A stretch of 64,000 nt of DNA from an uncultured Gammaproteobacteria bacterium (GCA_964629685.1 CAZVTT010000001.1:17877-81876), one strand, 5' to 3'. Positions 9,607-23,275 are shown, numbered from the stretch's first letter. Notes: a model not told the origin generated them from the letters alone. Numbers and translations: made by a program.

Positions 9607-12558
9607 ATGCCGACAGAAAACCCAACTCCCGGTCAGGTAGATCAAGCCGAAACTAACCGCATCCTCAGTGATTTGGAAACCGTTACCGTACGTGACCAAC
9701 CATTAGACGCCAACGCACCGGAATATAAAACGCTCACCGGATTTTCCAATCCCCTAGTGCTCCAAGCAGCAGAAGCCGTACGCAAAGCCGTTATTGTGGA
9801 GAATACGGTATTTCTCCCGGATACGGATCACGATCAGGAAGACGTCAGATTTCAGACCCGCATGGTAGCGGCCGATGCACAAGCGTCCAGCGGCGTATTC
9901 TTATCATTCAAACGGTGGGCTCTGACGACCACTATTGCCCGTGCTACCAAACTTCATACCGGAGATAAATCATGGAGGAAGCTCATGGTGGAGGGTACCA
10001 ATAGTGCCATAAACAGAATTAAATCCATCAAAGAAACCGTCACCAGCCCAGCACATCCGTTTATTACGGAGTGGCGAAACAGACTCATGGCATGGCCGAA
10101 TATTATGATGGGAGATCCGGAAAAACGATTATTAGGCGCAGCAGGTGTATACGGTATTAGAATCCGTACGGAAGATTTAACCATCGGGACATTGGGCACA
10201 CCCTTAAATGAACATATACGATCGGAAACAAGCACACCGGCAGGGAGAGCCAGACTTCTTACATCTGCCACGCTTGCGGAAGCCACTGCCTTCCGCGGAA
10301 AAGCCAGCACGGTACTTTCTGCGGCAAAAGAATTTGTACGGTATTATGAAGGTGCCAATAAAACGAATCCAAAGGTCAGAATTATCTATCAACCTGCCAA
10401 TGGCAATGAACCACCGGCCAGATGGGTGCTGTCTACGAATAAAACATTCACCCAGGATACACGGGTACTCGAGGAATTTATCCGGTTCTGCGATATGCGT
10501 GGTGAAAATCCGCTCAGTGTTGCTACCGTCGACCGTACGGGTAATGGTACAGGGGAAATATTCGATAGTTTTTATTCCCCGGACGGTATACGGGTTAATT
10601 TTTACGACACAGATGGCCTTTCCTCTGTCCCCCTTGTCCGGAACGGCCAACTTATTTCGGATGCCGAACTCTATCATATATTCCTCAATCAGGAAAAAAA
10701 CGCACCTGACGCTCATCAGAAAGCACTCCGATCAGTTACCGCAAATGCATTTGATCGACTGGCATGGCTTCCCATGAATAACCCTATCGGACGGGCTGCA
10801 CTGCAACGATTTATAAAAAGCCCGATTTTTGCACCGACCCGCGATAGTTTTCTTTCCGTCAAACTGAGACAAAACAGACAGGATGAAAATATAGGCGAAT
10901 CCATGCATGTATTCGGTACTATCCGAGCCGTTACCATAGACGGAAATACCGGCGAATATATAAGTTACAATGCCCACGGTCAAAATGATGCCGGACCGGT
11001 ATTTGATGAGTATGTGCATCCGGGAGAAAACGCAGGAATTCTCTTTGACTTCGCCGCAATTGGAGATCGGCTTTTCGGTCTCGATGAGCCGGATGTACCG
11101 CTTCCGGTCAAAAAACTTTTCAGACATACCCAGGCTGATACGGTTTGTCGTCAGGTATTGGGTACAGAAAAACTGGATAACCCTACCCGGGTTATTGCTC
11201 TTGAACCGCTGGTGGTTGATACGAAAGCGCCGTTAACCGATGCCAGAAAAGCAGTAGATCAGGTTACCCGCAGACTCGTACGGGGAACCCGCACCGCGGA
11301 CACGACGGCATTATCAGGAGCAGAATTGAAAGCCATACAAAAATTCAGCCGGATTGGGGTAAATCCCCGGCTCACTATCGAACTAGCTGTATTGCAGACG
11401 TTATCGGAAATTGATGCGGAAATTGCTGACGTAGATCGCCCAATCACCCCCTGTCACCATGATCTTGTCAGTCATGAAGCGGCACTCCGTTTAGCCGTAT
11501 TACCTCAGGTCATCGGATATCAGCAAGAACAAGAACGGACAATTATGGCTATTCTCAACGGTGCCGATACCGCTAAAACGGTGGACCAACTACGTTCGTA
11601 TGTCGAAACGATAGTTGTGGAAACACACACCATGCGGCGGGATTTTGAACGTGCAGACCGCCCGTTACTCGTACATCAGGTTCTACGTGAAATATTCACT
11701 ACCAACGGGAAGGTACACGAAGCAGCATACAAAGATGTGAATTCAGAGAAATGGATGCAGGCAAAACAACGTATCTACCTTCGATATAATCACGTACCGG
11801 AAGGCGGGACCTGGACTGAACAACGGATTATGGATGGCAGGGGCCGCGCCTGGACCTACCGCAACGGCGATCTCGCCATACATGCCACGGATGGACAACT
11901 CGATCAGATCGTCGCCATTTGCATTGGCGGAGATCACGGAACTCATACCATGAGTAATTCGCGCGGAGAGCGGACAAGCGCAATTGCCAAAGCCGGTCAA
12001 ATGGTCTATCCGGAAGCAGCGAGTTTGTACACCGATACGGCGGCAATGTTTTCAGACGCCAGTTCCAAGGGCGACGGTTTACTGGAGTTAACTAACACCG
12101 GCGCGGATGGTCCGTACCGGATTGTTACGGCTATAAACCGCACAACGGACAGCACGGGAGGAGATGCGGCCAAATTATGTATGAGTATCCGCAGGGATGT
12201 TATCGTAAACCTACTGAACAAACGAGGCATATCCCAACCGAATGAAACGCAGATACAGCAGACTGCCGCCGAAATACGGTTACGGATAGATCGTGCCTAT
12301 AAAGATGTTCAACTCTTGTTCGCCACCTATGCGGAACTCTTTGATGACAGTGGAAAACCAAAAGACGCTGCCAAAACGAAGGAGATTCTGGCAGCTGCAA
12401 AAGTAGCAGGACAGACATACAGCGAACCTTATGCAGACCGCAACATCCCCCGCTTCCATGAACCGATTACTGCAACGCCGGTAGATACTGCCCGGGTAAA
12501 TTTGTATCGGATTTTTACCTCCGGATGGCGCGGACTCGGAAAAAAACCGAAACAGTAA
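9607..12558 (+). CDS. large hypothetical protein (983 aa), no recognisable domain
   Basis: Uninterrupted 2.95 kb ORF. AGGA 11 nt upstream of the ATG. No TM helix or signal peptide obvious. 3' end is 6 bp from the convergent radA stop. Confidence 0.6.
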   Translation: MPTENPTPGQVDQAETNRILSDLETVTVRDQPLDANAPEYKTLTGFSNPLVLQAAEAVRKAVIVENTVFLPDTDHDQEDVRFQTRMVAADAQASSGVFLSFKRWALTTTIARATKLHTGDKSWRKLMVEGTNSAINRIKSIKETVTSPAHPFITEWRNRLMAWPNIMMGDPEKRLLGAAGVYGIRIRTEDLTIGTLGTPLNEHIRSETSTPAGRARLLTSATLAEATAFRGKASTVLSAAKEFVRYYEGANKTNPKVRIIYQPANGNEPPARWVLSTNKTFTQDTRVLEEFIRFCDMRGENPLSVATVDRTGNGTGEIFDSFYSPDGIRVNFYDTDGLSSVPLVRNGQLISDAELYHIFLNQEKNAPDAHQKALRSVTANAFDRLAWLPMNNPIGRAALQRFIKSPIFAPTRDSFLSVKLRQNRQDENIGESMHVFGTIRAVTIDGNTGEYISYNAHGQNDAGPVFDEYVHPGENAGILFDFAAIGDRLFGLDEPDVPLPVKKLFRHTQADTVCRQVLGTEKLDNPTRVIALEPLVVDTKAPLTDARKAVDQVTRRLVRGTRTADTTALSGAELKAIQKFSRIGVNPRLTIELAVLQTLSEIDAEIADVDRPITPCHHDLVSHEAALRLAVLPQVIGYQQEQERTIMAILNGADTAKTVDQLRSYVETIVVETHTMRRDFERADRPLLVHQVLREIFTTNGKVHEAAYKDVNSEKWMQAKQRIYLRYNHVPEGGTWTEQRIMDGRGRAWTYRNGDLAIHATDGQLDQIVAICIGGDHGTHTMSNSRGERTSAIAKAGQMVYPEAASLYTDTAAMFSDASSKGDGLLELTNTGADGPYRIVTAINRTTDSTGGDAAKLCMSIRRDVIVNLLNKRGISQPNETQIQQTAAEIRLRIDRAYKDVQLLFATYAELFDDSGKPKDAAKTKEILAAAKVAGQTYSEPYADRNIPRFHEPITATPVDTARVNLYRIFTSGWRGLGKKPKQ

Positions 12559-12564
12559 ACACTG

Positions 12565-13872
12565 TTACAGAAGATACTTCGCACTTTGCGTGATACTAGA
12601 GATCTTGGGAGGAGCCAGTACCGTCGTAAAACCTAACCGTTTAGCTTCCTTACTGCGACGCTCACCCGAACCTATGGCGCGAACTTCGCCCAGTAGTCCC
12701 ATTTCACCAAACACTGCAGTATCTGATGCTATCGTTTTGTTTTTAAACGAAGACAGCACTGCCATCGCCACTGCCAAATCCGCTCCCGGTTCGGAAATTT
12801 TCAAACCCCCGCTCACATTCACAAATACATCAACTGACCCGAGCGGAACATTCAATCTTTTTTGCAAAATCGCCAATATTAACTGTAAACGGTTGTAGTC
12901 AAACCCATTAGCCACCCGTCGGGGAATGGCGAGTTGGCTGGGAACCGTTAACGCCTGAATTTCTACCAGCATGGGTCGGGTTCCCTCCATAATAACGGTG
13001 ACAATAGACCCGGGTACATTCTGTACCCTATCCTGCAAGAAAAGAGCTGAGGGATTGTTCACTTCTTTTAGTCCTTCGCCTTGCATGTCAAAAATACCCA
13101 CTTCTTCCACAGCACCAAATCTATTTTTTAACGTTCTGAGCACTCTGGCGGAAGCAAAGCGCTCTCCTTCTAAATACAGTACGGTATCCACCATGTGTTC
13201 CAGTATTTTCGGACCGGCAATGGTACCTTCCTTCGTTACATGACCGATTATAATCATGGGAATGCCTTTGTCTTTTGCTAACCCAACCAATTGCTCGGCG
13301 CTGTAGCGTATTTGTCCCACAGACCCGGCCATACCTTCCAAATTATCGGAAGAGAGCGTCTGGATTGAATCAACAATGACGAGAGGCAATTTTTCAGTAC
13401 TCTCAATCGCAGATCGAATCGACTCCACATTTGTTTCCGGCAGAATAATAATATTTTTTCCGTTAATTCCTAAACGCTCCGCCCTCAACTTCACCTGCTC
13501 CGCAGACTCTTCCCCGGAAATATATAATCCACCGACTTTACCGATAACGTGTAATAGCAATGTAGATTTTCCTATCCCGGGATCACCGGAAAGTAATATT
13601 ACCGACCCCGGAACAATACCCCCACCCACCACTCGATCAAACTCCCCGTACCCGCTCTGTAACCTCTGCTGTTCAATATGCTTCACTTCGGATAAACGCA
13701 CAGGTGCAACAACCGTTCTCCGAAATGATGTAGCTGCACCTTTGGTTCCCGGTTCAGGTTGCTTTACCGTTTCCACCAGACTACCCCAGTTGCCGCAGTT
13801 AGGGCATTTTCCGTACCATTGGGGTGTTTCATAGCTACACTGCTGACAGACAAAGGATGTTCGTTTCTTCAT
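12565..13872 (-). CDS. radA: DNA repair protein RadA (Sms)
   Basis: N-terminal C4 zinc finger CQQCSYETPQWYGKCPNCGNW. Walker A GDPGIGKST. KNRFG motif. Lon-like C-terminal domain. Confidence 0.9.
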   Translation of the reverse strand: MKKRTSFVCQQCSYETPQWYGKCPNCGNWGSLVETVKQPEPGTKGAATSFRRTVVAPVRLSEVKHIEQQRLQSGYGEFDRVVGGGIVPGSVILLSGDPGIGKSTLLLHVIGKVGGLYISGEESAEQVKLRAERLGINGKNIIILPETNVESIRSAIESTEKLPLVIVDSIQTLSSDNLEGMAGSVGQIRYSAEQLVGLAKDKGIPMIIIGHVTKEGTIAGPKILEHMVDTVLYLEGERFASARVLRTLKNRFGAVEEVGIFDMQGEGLKEVNNPSALFLQDRVQNVPGSIVTVIMEGTRPMLVEIQALTVPSQLAIPRRVANGFDYNRLQLILAILQKRLNVPLGSVDVFVNVSGGLKISEPGADLAVAMAVLSSFKNKTIASDTAVFGEMGLLGEVRAIGSGERRSKEAKRLGFTTVLAPPKISSITQSAKYLL

Positions 13873-14066
13873 AAACTGTTCCTCAACATCCTGTACCCTG
13901 AGTGCTCTCGAAGGGAAAGGATGTTCGTTTCTTCATAAACGTTCCTCAACATCCTGAACCCTGAGTGCTCTCGAAGGGAAAGGATGTTCTTTATAAACTG
14001 TTCCTCAACATCCTGAACCCTGAGTGCTCTCGAAGGGGAAAGGATGTTCTTTTCTTCATACAGGCA
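13852..14066. repeat. tandem direct repeat of about 62 bp, about 3.5 copies; unit 1 contains the radA start codon
   Basis: Unit AAAGGATGTTCGTTTCTTCATAAACTGTTCCTCAACATCCTGAACCCTGAGTGCTCTCGAAGGG repeated with 1-5 nt indels. Each unit contains the 8-bp inverted repeat AGGATGTT...AACATCCT. Confidence 0.8.
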
Positions 14067-14087
14067 CTATATCACAATAAACAATTC

Positions 14088-14732
14088 CTACCTGAGGATG
14101 GCATTCGTAAAATTCCACAAACCATGTGCCACACTTCCCGGCAAAATTGAACCGGTTAGCCACCGCACGCATCCGTGAATCAGACTCAGTACCAACAGTG
14201 TTGCGCTATACGATACCATAGCCTGCCAGGAATAATGAAACACAAAAATCATCAAGGGTACATGGAAGAAAACAAATAAACCCGAACTTAGCAGTAACGC
14301 CACGAACGATCCTTTTCCGGTTTCTTCAATTCTGGTAAAAAAGTATCCACGGAATACGAATTCCTCGATAAACCCGGTAGCCAACGACGTTAGTAACGCG
14401 AGGCCTATTCCCCCGCCATCCCTACCGCCGGGGATAGTACTCACGGCACCCTGCCGCAGGAAATGAATAAGTCCATTTTGGAGCATTAATATTACCCCTA
14501 TGCCAAGTCCTGCCAACACATATTTATACCAGTCCTTTTTGGCTAATGCCAGACTGGACCAGGACCGCCGCTCGACGATAAACACCATAACCGCTATCGG
14601 CGCCACCTGTAACAGCGGTTTAGCAATCAGTTCATCTACCCACACCGGAACAAAAAAAACTGCCCGGTATCCTGTCCAGATACCCAACAATACGGCAAAA
14701 ACCAACAAAATCCGCCACCAAGACGTACGCAT
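14088..14732 (-). CDS. CPBP family (CAAX-type) intramembrane metalloprotease
   Basis: EExxxR (IEEFVFRGYFF), FxxxH (FFHVP) and HxxxN (AHGLWN) motifs in TM helices. Confidence 0.75.
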   Translation of the reverse strand: MRTSWWRILLVFAVLLGIWTGYRAVFFVPVWVDELIAKPLLQVAPIAVMVFIVERRSWSSLALAKKDWYKYVLAGLGIGVILMLQNGLIHFLRQGAVSTIPGGRDGGGIGLALLTSLATGFIEEFVFRGYFFTRIEETGKGSFVALLLSSGLFVFFHVPLMIFVFHYSWQAMVSYSATLLVLSLIHGCVRWLTGSILPGSVAHGLWNFTNAILR

Positions 14733-14775
14733 TACATCTATGGTAATAGGTTTCCTGAAAATTGAATAGGGAATC

Positions 14776-15507
14776 TTATGCCACCGGAGCTAATATGAGT
14801 TGTTCCTGAAAAAATCCCAGCACACGGTACCCCAGTTTCGGGTATACCAGACATAAACCACTTTCCCGAATAGTAGCACGAAGCGTGGCAACGTCAGGAA
14901 GCGTATCCCCGTCCATTACAAGCGGAGGCTGTTGTAAATTTCCCAGCAAGTCATATACCGGATGGTCAGGCACCTGCTGCGGATAGTGGTCAAGCGCTTC
15001 GATAGTTTCGCCTGCTTTCCCGGGTGGATTCAGATAAAAATCTCCCTGCTGTTCCTGAACAAAATCATTAAACCGCTTGGTTACCTCCAGGGAAACGTGC
15101 ATAGTGCCCCGGCACAGCGGGGTACCGCAATAACAGGGATATTCGTCATCCTCATCGTCCGGCGGTTCCAGAAGATATTCGTATACCAGTTCTTCTCCGG
15201 GGAAAATTTTCCGCAACGTTACCACGATCATCCTATCTTTGTATGGATACAACGCGCAGTTCGGCATACATGCATGATTTATCAAATGCACACCTGACTG
15301 AGTATGATCAAACGGAATAATAAGGAGTTCATCGCTGTACTGCAGACTATACAGTCCGTACGTAGGATCATCCTCAGTATGATGAATCACTTTGCCGGTA
15401 TAGTCTCCGATTACGGCACCGGGATATATTTCGCGTGCTGCAAACACCCCCCGTCCACGATTAGGAGTCTTAGTAATCCGCCAAAATGATTCATCGAGCA
15501 GGAACAT
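14776..15507 (-). CDS. SET domain protein (putative protein-lysine methyltransferase)
   Basis: RGRGVFAAREIYPGAVIGDYTG. NHAC motif (INHACMPNC). ELVYEY. Post-SET Cys cluster CYCGTPLCRG. Confidence 0.75.
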   Translation of the reverse strand: MFLLDESFWRITKTPNRGRGVFAAREIYPGAVIGDYTGKVIHHTEDDPTYGLYSLQYSDELLIIPFDHTQSGVHLINHACMPNCALYPYKDRMIVVTLRKIFPGEELVYEYLLEPPDDEDDEYPCYCGTPLCRGTMHVSLEVTKRFNDFVQEQQGDFYLNPPGKAGETIEALDHYPQQVPDHPVYDLLGNLQQPPLVMDGDTLPDVATLRATIRESGLCLVYPKLGYRVLGFFQEQLILAPVA

Positions 15508-15518
15508 GATTTCGGATT

Positions 15519-16670
15519 TTACCGGTAGCCGATTGGTTTTTCGGTCAAGGCCAATGAGAGGCTGATCTTGCGCTTTTCAGGTTGAATATCCTCTATCGTA
15601 CAGGATACTTCGTCTCCTGCTTTAGGTTCTTCACCCGGCGCAACTTTACTGATATGAATCAGTCCTTCAATTCCTGGGCTTAACGAAACAAATATACCGT
15701 ATGGTGTAACCCTGGTAACCGTTCCTTTTACCTGACTTTCCTTTTCAAACATATCCAGAACGTGTTCCCATGGGTCCGGTAACAATTGTTTTAATGAAAG
15801 CGTTAATTTACCGGTATTGGCATCAATGCCGATAATTTTTACTTTCACGGAATCACCGATCTGAACATATTGTGCGGGATCTTCCACCTTCTCCCAGGCG
15901 ATTTCCGAAATATGAATCAAGCCTTCAATACTGTGCTCTTCTCCGTCTTTCGTAATCGTCAACTTGGCAAAGGCACCAAAAGGGACCACACCGGTAATTT
16001 GTGCCTGCATCGTTTCACCCACAGTTAACGCATCTAATACTTCCTTTTGCTTTGCGAAGGCATCCGCTTCCGCAATGGCACGTTGGGAAAATACTAAACG
16101 ATTACTGTCACGGTCTACTTCGATGACTTTAACCAATACCTTCCGGCCGCTCAGTTTATCCAACTGTTTACTCATGTTTGAGTCTAATTGGGATTGCGGG
16201 ATATACCCGCGCAGTCCACCGTAATCGACGAGTATACCGCCGCGTACGGGCTCTTTGAGTAACACGTCAACCGGTTCGCCGCTCTTCTGGTGATCGGCAA
16301 GCGTATTCCAGCGTTTTTCGAATATAAACCGACGCAGTGATAATACGGATTGTCCACGATCGTTTTCCGTCACGATTACCTGAGCCACGACACTATCGCC
16401 GGGCTTAAGAGACATAAGCATGTCTTTGTACGTTTCAAGTTCGCGATCTATAACGACGCCTTCGGATTTTCCGCCGATATCGACCAGAATTTCCCGTCCC
16501 GTTACTTTCGTAACGTTTCCTTCTACGACGTCTCCTTTCTTTAAGCCTTTGAGGTTATACCCGGTAGCCGAGAGGAGTTGTTCCATTGTTTCGGCTTCTA
16601 CCGTCTTTGGTGTTGCGGTTGTTACACCCTCCGCATCGGGTTTTTGATCAGACTTTACTTTTCTTGCCAT
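15519..16670 (-). CDS. rpsA: 30S ribosomal protein S1 (four S1 domains)
   Basis: Repeated S1 OB-fold signatures (GDVVEGNVTKV, GDSVVAQVIV, GETMQAQITGVVPFGAFAKL, VKGTVTRVTPYGIFVSL). Confidence 0.8.
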   Translation of the reverse strand: MARKVKSDQKPDAEGVTTATPKTVEAETMEQLLSATGYNLKGLKKGDVVEGNVTKVTGREILVDIGGKSEGVVIDRELETYKDMLMSLKPGDSVVAQVIVTENDRGQSVLSLRRFIFEKRWNTLADHQKSGEPVDVLLKEPVRGGILVDYGGLRGYIPQSQLDSNMSKQLDKLSGRKVLVKVIEVDRDSNRLVFSQRAIAEADAFAKQKEVLDALTVGETMQAQITGVVPFGAFAKLTITKDGEEHSIEGLIHISEIAWEKVEDPAQYVQIGDSVKVKIIGIDANTGKLTLSLKQLLPDPWEHVLDMFEKESQVKGTVTRVTPYGIFVSLSPGIEGLIHISKVAPGEEPKAGDEVSCTIEDIQPEKRKISLSLALTEKPIGYR

Positions 16671-16737
16671 TCATCAATACCTACCTTTCAATTAGGATGG
16701 ACGTATTATACACGAAGGAACGGATTCTACCAAACGT

Positions 16738-17733
16738 CTATGGCGTAGGGGTTGCGCTAAGGGATTCCGTCACCGTGGAAGTGGGAATTTCCACCTCCGG
16801 TAACTCATTTAACTGCTGTTTTAATTGATCCTGTAACTGTTTTTGTAACTGATCTTTTAACTCCTGTTGCAATTGATCCTGCAACTGTTTCCGTAAATCA
16901 GCCCGCAGTTGTTCAGCCACACTATCTGCATTCAACTGACTACTTCCGGAAGCGGTTGTTCCTATTTGTAACGAAACACCCCCGGTTAACAGATAGTCAA
17001 CTATATTTGCCCCTTCTGCTATATTTTTTACCTGAGTGGGTTTTTCCACGTTTATATTATCGTACTCATACGTTTGCGTGGTAATTAATCCGCCGAAACT
17101 TAAATCATCCCGGCGTAATAACAATTTGTCTTTATCAAACCAAAATATGCGCTTCGCCAAAGCATTTCCCGGTGCGGATTCCACATATTTATAACAGGTT
17201 AACGATCCACAGGCTTCTTCACCCTGACTCTCGTAAACCGATCCTTTTTTGGCTAATAATTCCGTTTTATAATCTTTCTGTACAAAGCCTGACTGCTTTT
17301 TCACTTCCGGAGTCACTTGTTGCTGCCACCATTTACTGTCCGTAGGGTCTTTAACGAAGATATCGTTGTCCCAAAAAACCGCCTCACTGATAATTGTATC
17401 TTTCGTTTTCTGCACCAACCGGACTCGAACGTCCGATCGGGTCCGTTCATAATCGGTTTGAATCGTCACAGCGGCATCTCCTTCACCAGTCCCGGATATA
17501 GTCCTGAAGGCCCGGGCATTAGCTTGAGCCACAAAATGCCGCTTTACATGGTCATCGGTAACAAAATCAAAATCTTTCGCAGACGCAACTGCCGGTAACG
17601 GCAACAATCGGGATATATCTACGTTTACTTTTCCTGACCGTACTAATACACCCGTACCCACAGCCAAAAATAGGAGTCCGACTATGATCAATGCTAATTT
17701 CCCAAATCCCGCGTTCCGAACATGAGCAGCCAT
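16738..17733 (-). CDS. membrane-anchored/secreted hypothetical protein with C-terminal QLQ-rich coiled-coil repeat
   Basis: N-terminal TM helix. C-terminus LRKQLQDQLQQELKDQLQKQLQDQLKQQL, encoded by an imperfect tandem DNA repeat at about 16795..16925. Confidence 0.5.
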   Translation of the reverse strand: MAAHVRNAGFGKLALIIVGLLFLAVGTGVLVRSGKVNVDISRLLPLPAVASAKDFDFVTDDHVKRHFVAQANARAFRTISGTGEGDAAVTIQTDYERTRSDVRVRLVQKTKDTIISEAVFWDNDIFVKDPTDSKWWQQQVTPEVKKQSGFVQKDYKTELLAKKGSVYESQGEEACGSLTCYKYVESAPGNALAKRIFWFDKDKLLLRRDDLSFGGLITTQTYEYDNINVEKPTQVKNIAEGANIVDYLLTGGVSLQIGTTASGSSQLNADSVAEQLRADLRKQLQDQLQQELKDQLQKQLQDQLKQQLNELPEVEIPTSTVTESLSATPTP

Positions 17734-17803
17734 ACATACATCATCTCGAAGGCGGAGGCAGGTGTCAATATATGGGGGAAATTATCGGATTATATCAACC
17801 ATT

Positions 17804-18160
17804 TTACGGGACGGGAGTAGGACTCACATGCTTATAACATTCGTTGTAACACGGTTGAAACCCGCCTTGAGGATTCTTCAGACAGGCATCTAGACATTTG
17901 GTCACTTCCGGATTTGGTGTCGGAGACGGTGTAGAAGTTACGGTTGTTTGAGCATTACCGGCAGTCGTGGGATCTAAAAGAACGGTAGGTGTAGGGGCAA
18001 ACCCGCTCGCACGACTACGGAAATCAAATAGACCACTGCTCTGATTTGCCCAGAGAATAACACCTACGGTTACCAACACCATCACCAAAAATAACAAAAA
18101 CAGAATTTTATTCGATTGTTCCTGCTGACCGCCGTCAATGTCTAACATAAATTCGCCCAA
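17804..18160 (-). CDS. small secreted Cys-containing protein, hypothetical
   Basis: 118 aa, N-terminal hydrophobic helix, Thr/Pro-rich linker, 4 Cys in the C-terminal 40 aa. Confidence 0.4.
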   Translation of the reverse strand: MGEFMLDIDGGQQEQSNKILFLLFLVMVLVTVGVILWANQSSGLFDFRSRASGFAPTPTVLLDPTTAGNAQTTVTSTPSPTPNPEVTKCLDACLKNPQGGFQPCYNECYKHVSPTPVP

Positions 18161-18332
18161 AAAGTACCTGTAGCATAGCGTGGATTGTAGTTAGCGTCAA
18201 ATAGCAACTATCACATAGACGTACGGATACGAATCTCAAAAACGGTAATACGTAACCGACCTCCTAACAGAAAAAGAACGTTAATCTATTTTAAAATTGC
18301 CGCCGGTCATTCATATACGATATACCTATACT

Positions 18333-19439
18333 ATGAAGATAGTATCCGGATTCATAACCGTACTTATATCACTGGGAATCGCTCTTGTTATTTCTTTCGC
18401 TATCATGGAATGGTATTTATCCCGGGTGCAGTACCAGCCACCGCCAATTGCCTGGAAATGGATCATTGGAGATACCACTCAACCCACTGAGTTTGACACC
18501 GATAATACTCTGATCTTCCGAACCAAAAAAAATATTCCCGGTGAAACCAACGACATGGGATTCAGGATGGATAATGACAACATACATAGTACGAATCTTA
18601 TTCTTGCAATCGGTGATTCATTTACCTACGGAGACTTCGTCACCAGAGAACACGCGTATCCCCAACAGTTAGCAGATATTCTGGCGTCAGAGGGATACGC
18701 ATATACTGTAGTAAATGCCGGTATAAACAGTTTTGGTCCGGATCAGGAATTGGAACTAACGAGAAATCTTGTAACCGTCGATCATATCGAACCTCAAATA
18801 GTCATTTGGCAACTGTTTTTGAATGATTTATCGGATACGGTTAAACATCCGTTATATATACCTCTCGGAAGAACAATGATAAAAATTCCTGCCTGGATCA
18901 ACAGTACCTATATCACAAAAAAAATCACCGGTATAATCCCCCGTTATCTCGCTCAATATAAAACCACGAGTTACCTGATTTACCAATTCAGTCAGTTAAA
19001 TACTGCATCATTTGCCGTGGGAAGTAATAAAAAATTATATCAGCAGAAAAAAATCAGCTTTCTTTTGCAGGAAATGGATACCTTATCACGAAATAATAAT
19101 TTTAAAGTTATTATCGTTCTGGCACCCCACCGGGGGGTATTACGACAAAATCCCGAAGCTACGGCTGAGTATCTATTTATGAAAAAACTACTTGAAGAAC
19201 AAACAGATTTTCCCGTTATCGACATGCATCAATATATAGCACAAATATCTGAAGCATCCGTCTCTGCGGGAATATCACCGAATCAGCCACTATTTAATTC
19301 CGATGAAGTTGAATCTCCCAATTACCCCTGGAAGCATTTAACAAAAGAAGGAAATACTCTACTGGCGCAAACTGTTTTTACCCAATTATTGCGGCATAAT
19401 CTGCTACAAAAAAACCGCTCCACGGTTCCCCAGCCTTGA
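18333..19439 (+). CDS. SGNH/GDSL-type hydrolase, membrane-anchored (paralog 1)
   Basis: Block I AIGDSFTYGDF with N-terminal TM anchor. The ORF track starts at TTG 18297; ATG 18333 (MKIVSGF...) is the more likely start. Confidence 0.6.
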   Translation: MKIVSGFITVLISLGIALVISFAIMEWYLSRVQYQPPPIAWKWIIGDTTQPTEFDTDNTLIFRTKKNIPGETNDMGFRMDNDNIHSTNLILAIGDSFTYGDFVTREHAYPQQLADILASEGYAYTVVNAGINSFGPDQELELTRNLVTVDHIEPQIVIWQLFLNDLSDTVKHPLYIPLGRTMIKIPAWINSTYITKKITGIIPRYLAQYKTTSYLIYQFSQLNTASFAVGSNKKLYQQKKISFLLQEMDTLSRNNNFKVIIVLAPHRGVLRQNPEATAEYLFMKKLLEEQTDFPVIDMHQYIAQISEASVSAGISPNQPLFNSDEVESPNYPWKHLTKEGNTLLAQTVFTQLLRHNLLQKNRSTVPQP

Positions 19440-19553
19440 GTTATCTTCCCGGTTCCTTGCGAAACAGGTATTGTCACCGCTAACGCGTTTCACTTCTGAG
19501 TTCGGAATGGGATCAGGTGGGACCACGTCGCTCCAAAGACTGGAGAACCCTAA
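19438..19553 (-). rRNA. rrf: 5S ribosomal RNA
   Basis: Minus-strand sequence GGTCCCACCTGATCCCATTCCGAACTCAGAAGTGAAACGCG matches the universal 5S core; boundaries approximate. Confidence 0.8.
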
Positions 19554-19705
19554 AGCGGTTCTCCTATCAATACACACAAACTCAACGATTACATTATATA
19601 TAAAAAGTAATTACACGTAAGGGATAATCCAATAGATTCCGTTACAACCAAAATTTCACCAGGAATCAAGAGTCCTTCACCAAATAATTGATTCAGGATT
19701 CCTTT

Positions 19706-22980
<3,275 letters not shown>

Positions 22981-23275
22981 AACAAAGGATCTGTCCTTCG
23001 CTTACGCTCAGGACCGAACCCTTGATCTTCCGGCGAAAAATTGTGCTGTAAGGGTGATCCATATGGATTACCCCTTACGATGCAACTACTTTTCAAAAAA
23101 ATTGAATTCACAAAAAAATCTACAATACAAGGAATTTCACCCTATTGTAGACAATCGTTGAGTTGTTAAAGTACTGCACTCACAATAATTGTTAAGTCGT
23201 TACATGGTTAAACTGTTAGCTGTCTTGCAACAGGTTAGCAATTTAGCCATTTAACAAAATAACAATTAATCCGTG

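Noticed and set aside
9954-10777. Several 100-190 aa ORFs on both strands
   Set aside because: They overlap the continuous 983 aa + strand ORF, which has the better length and start context.
11850-11990. HGTHT motif in the 983 aa protein suggesting a subtilase
   Set aside because: No DTG (Asp) or GTSMA (Ser) motifs in the expected order or spacing, so this is an isolated coincidence.
13852-14066. Possible CRISPR array
   Set aside because: The units are contiguous tandem copies with no unique spacers, and the first unit is part of radA. This is a tandem duplication, not CRISPR.
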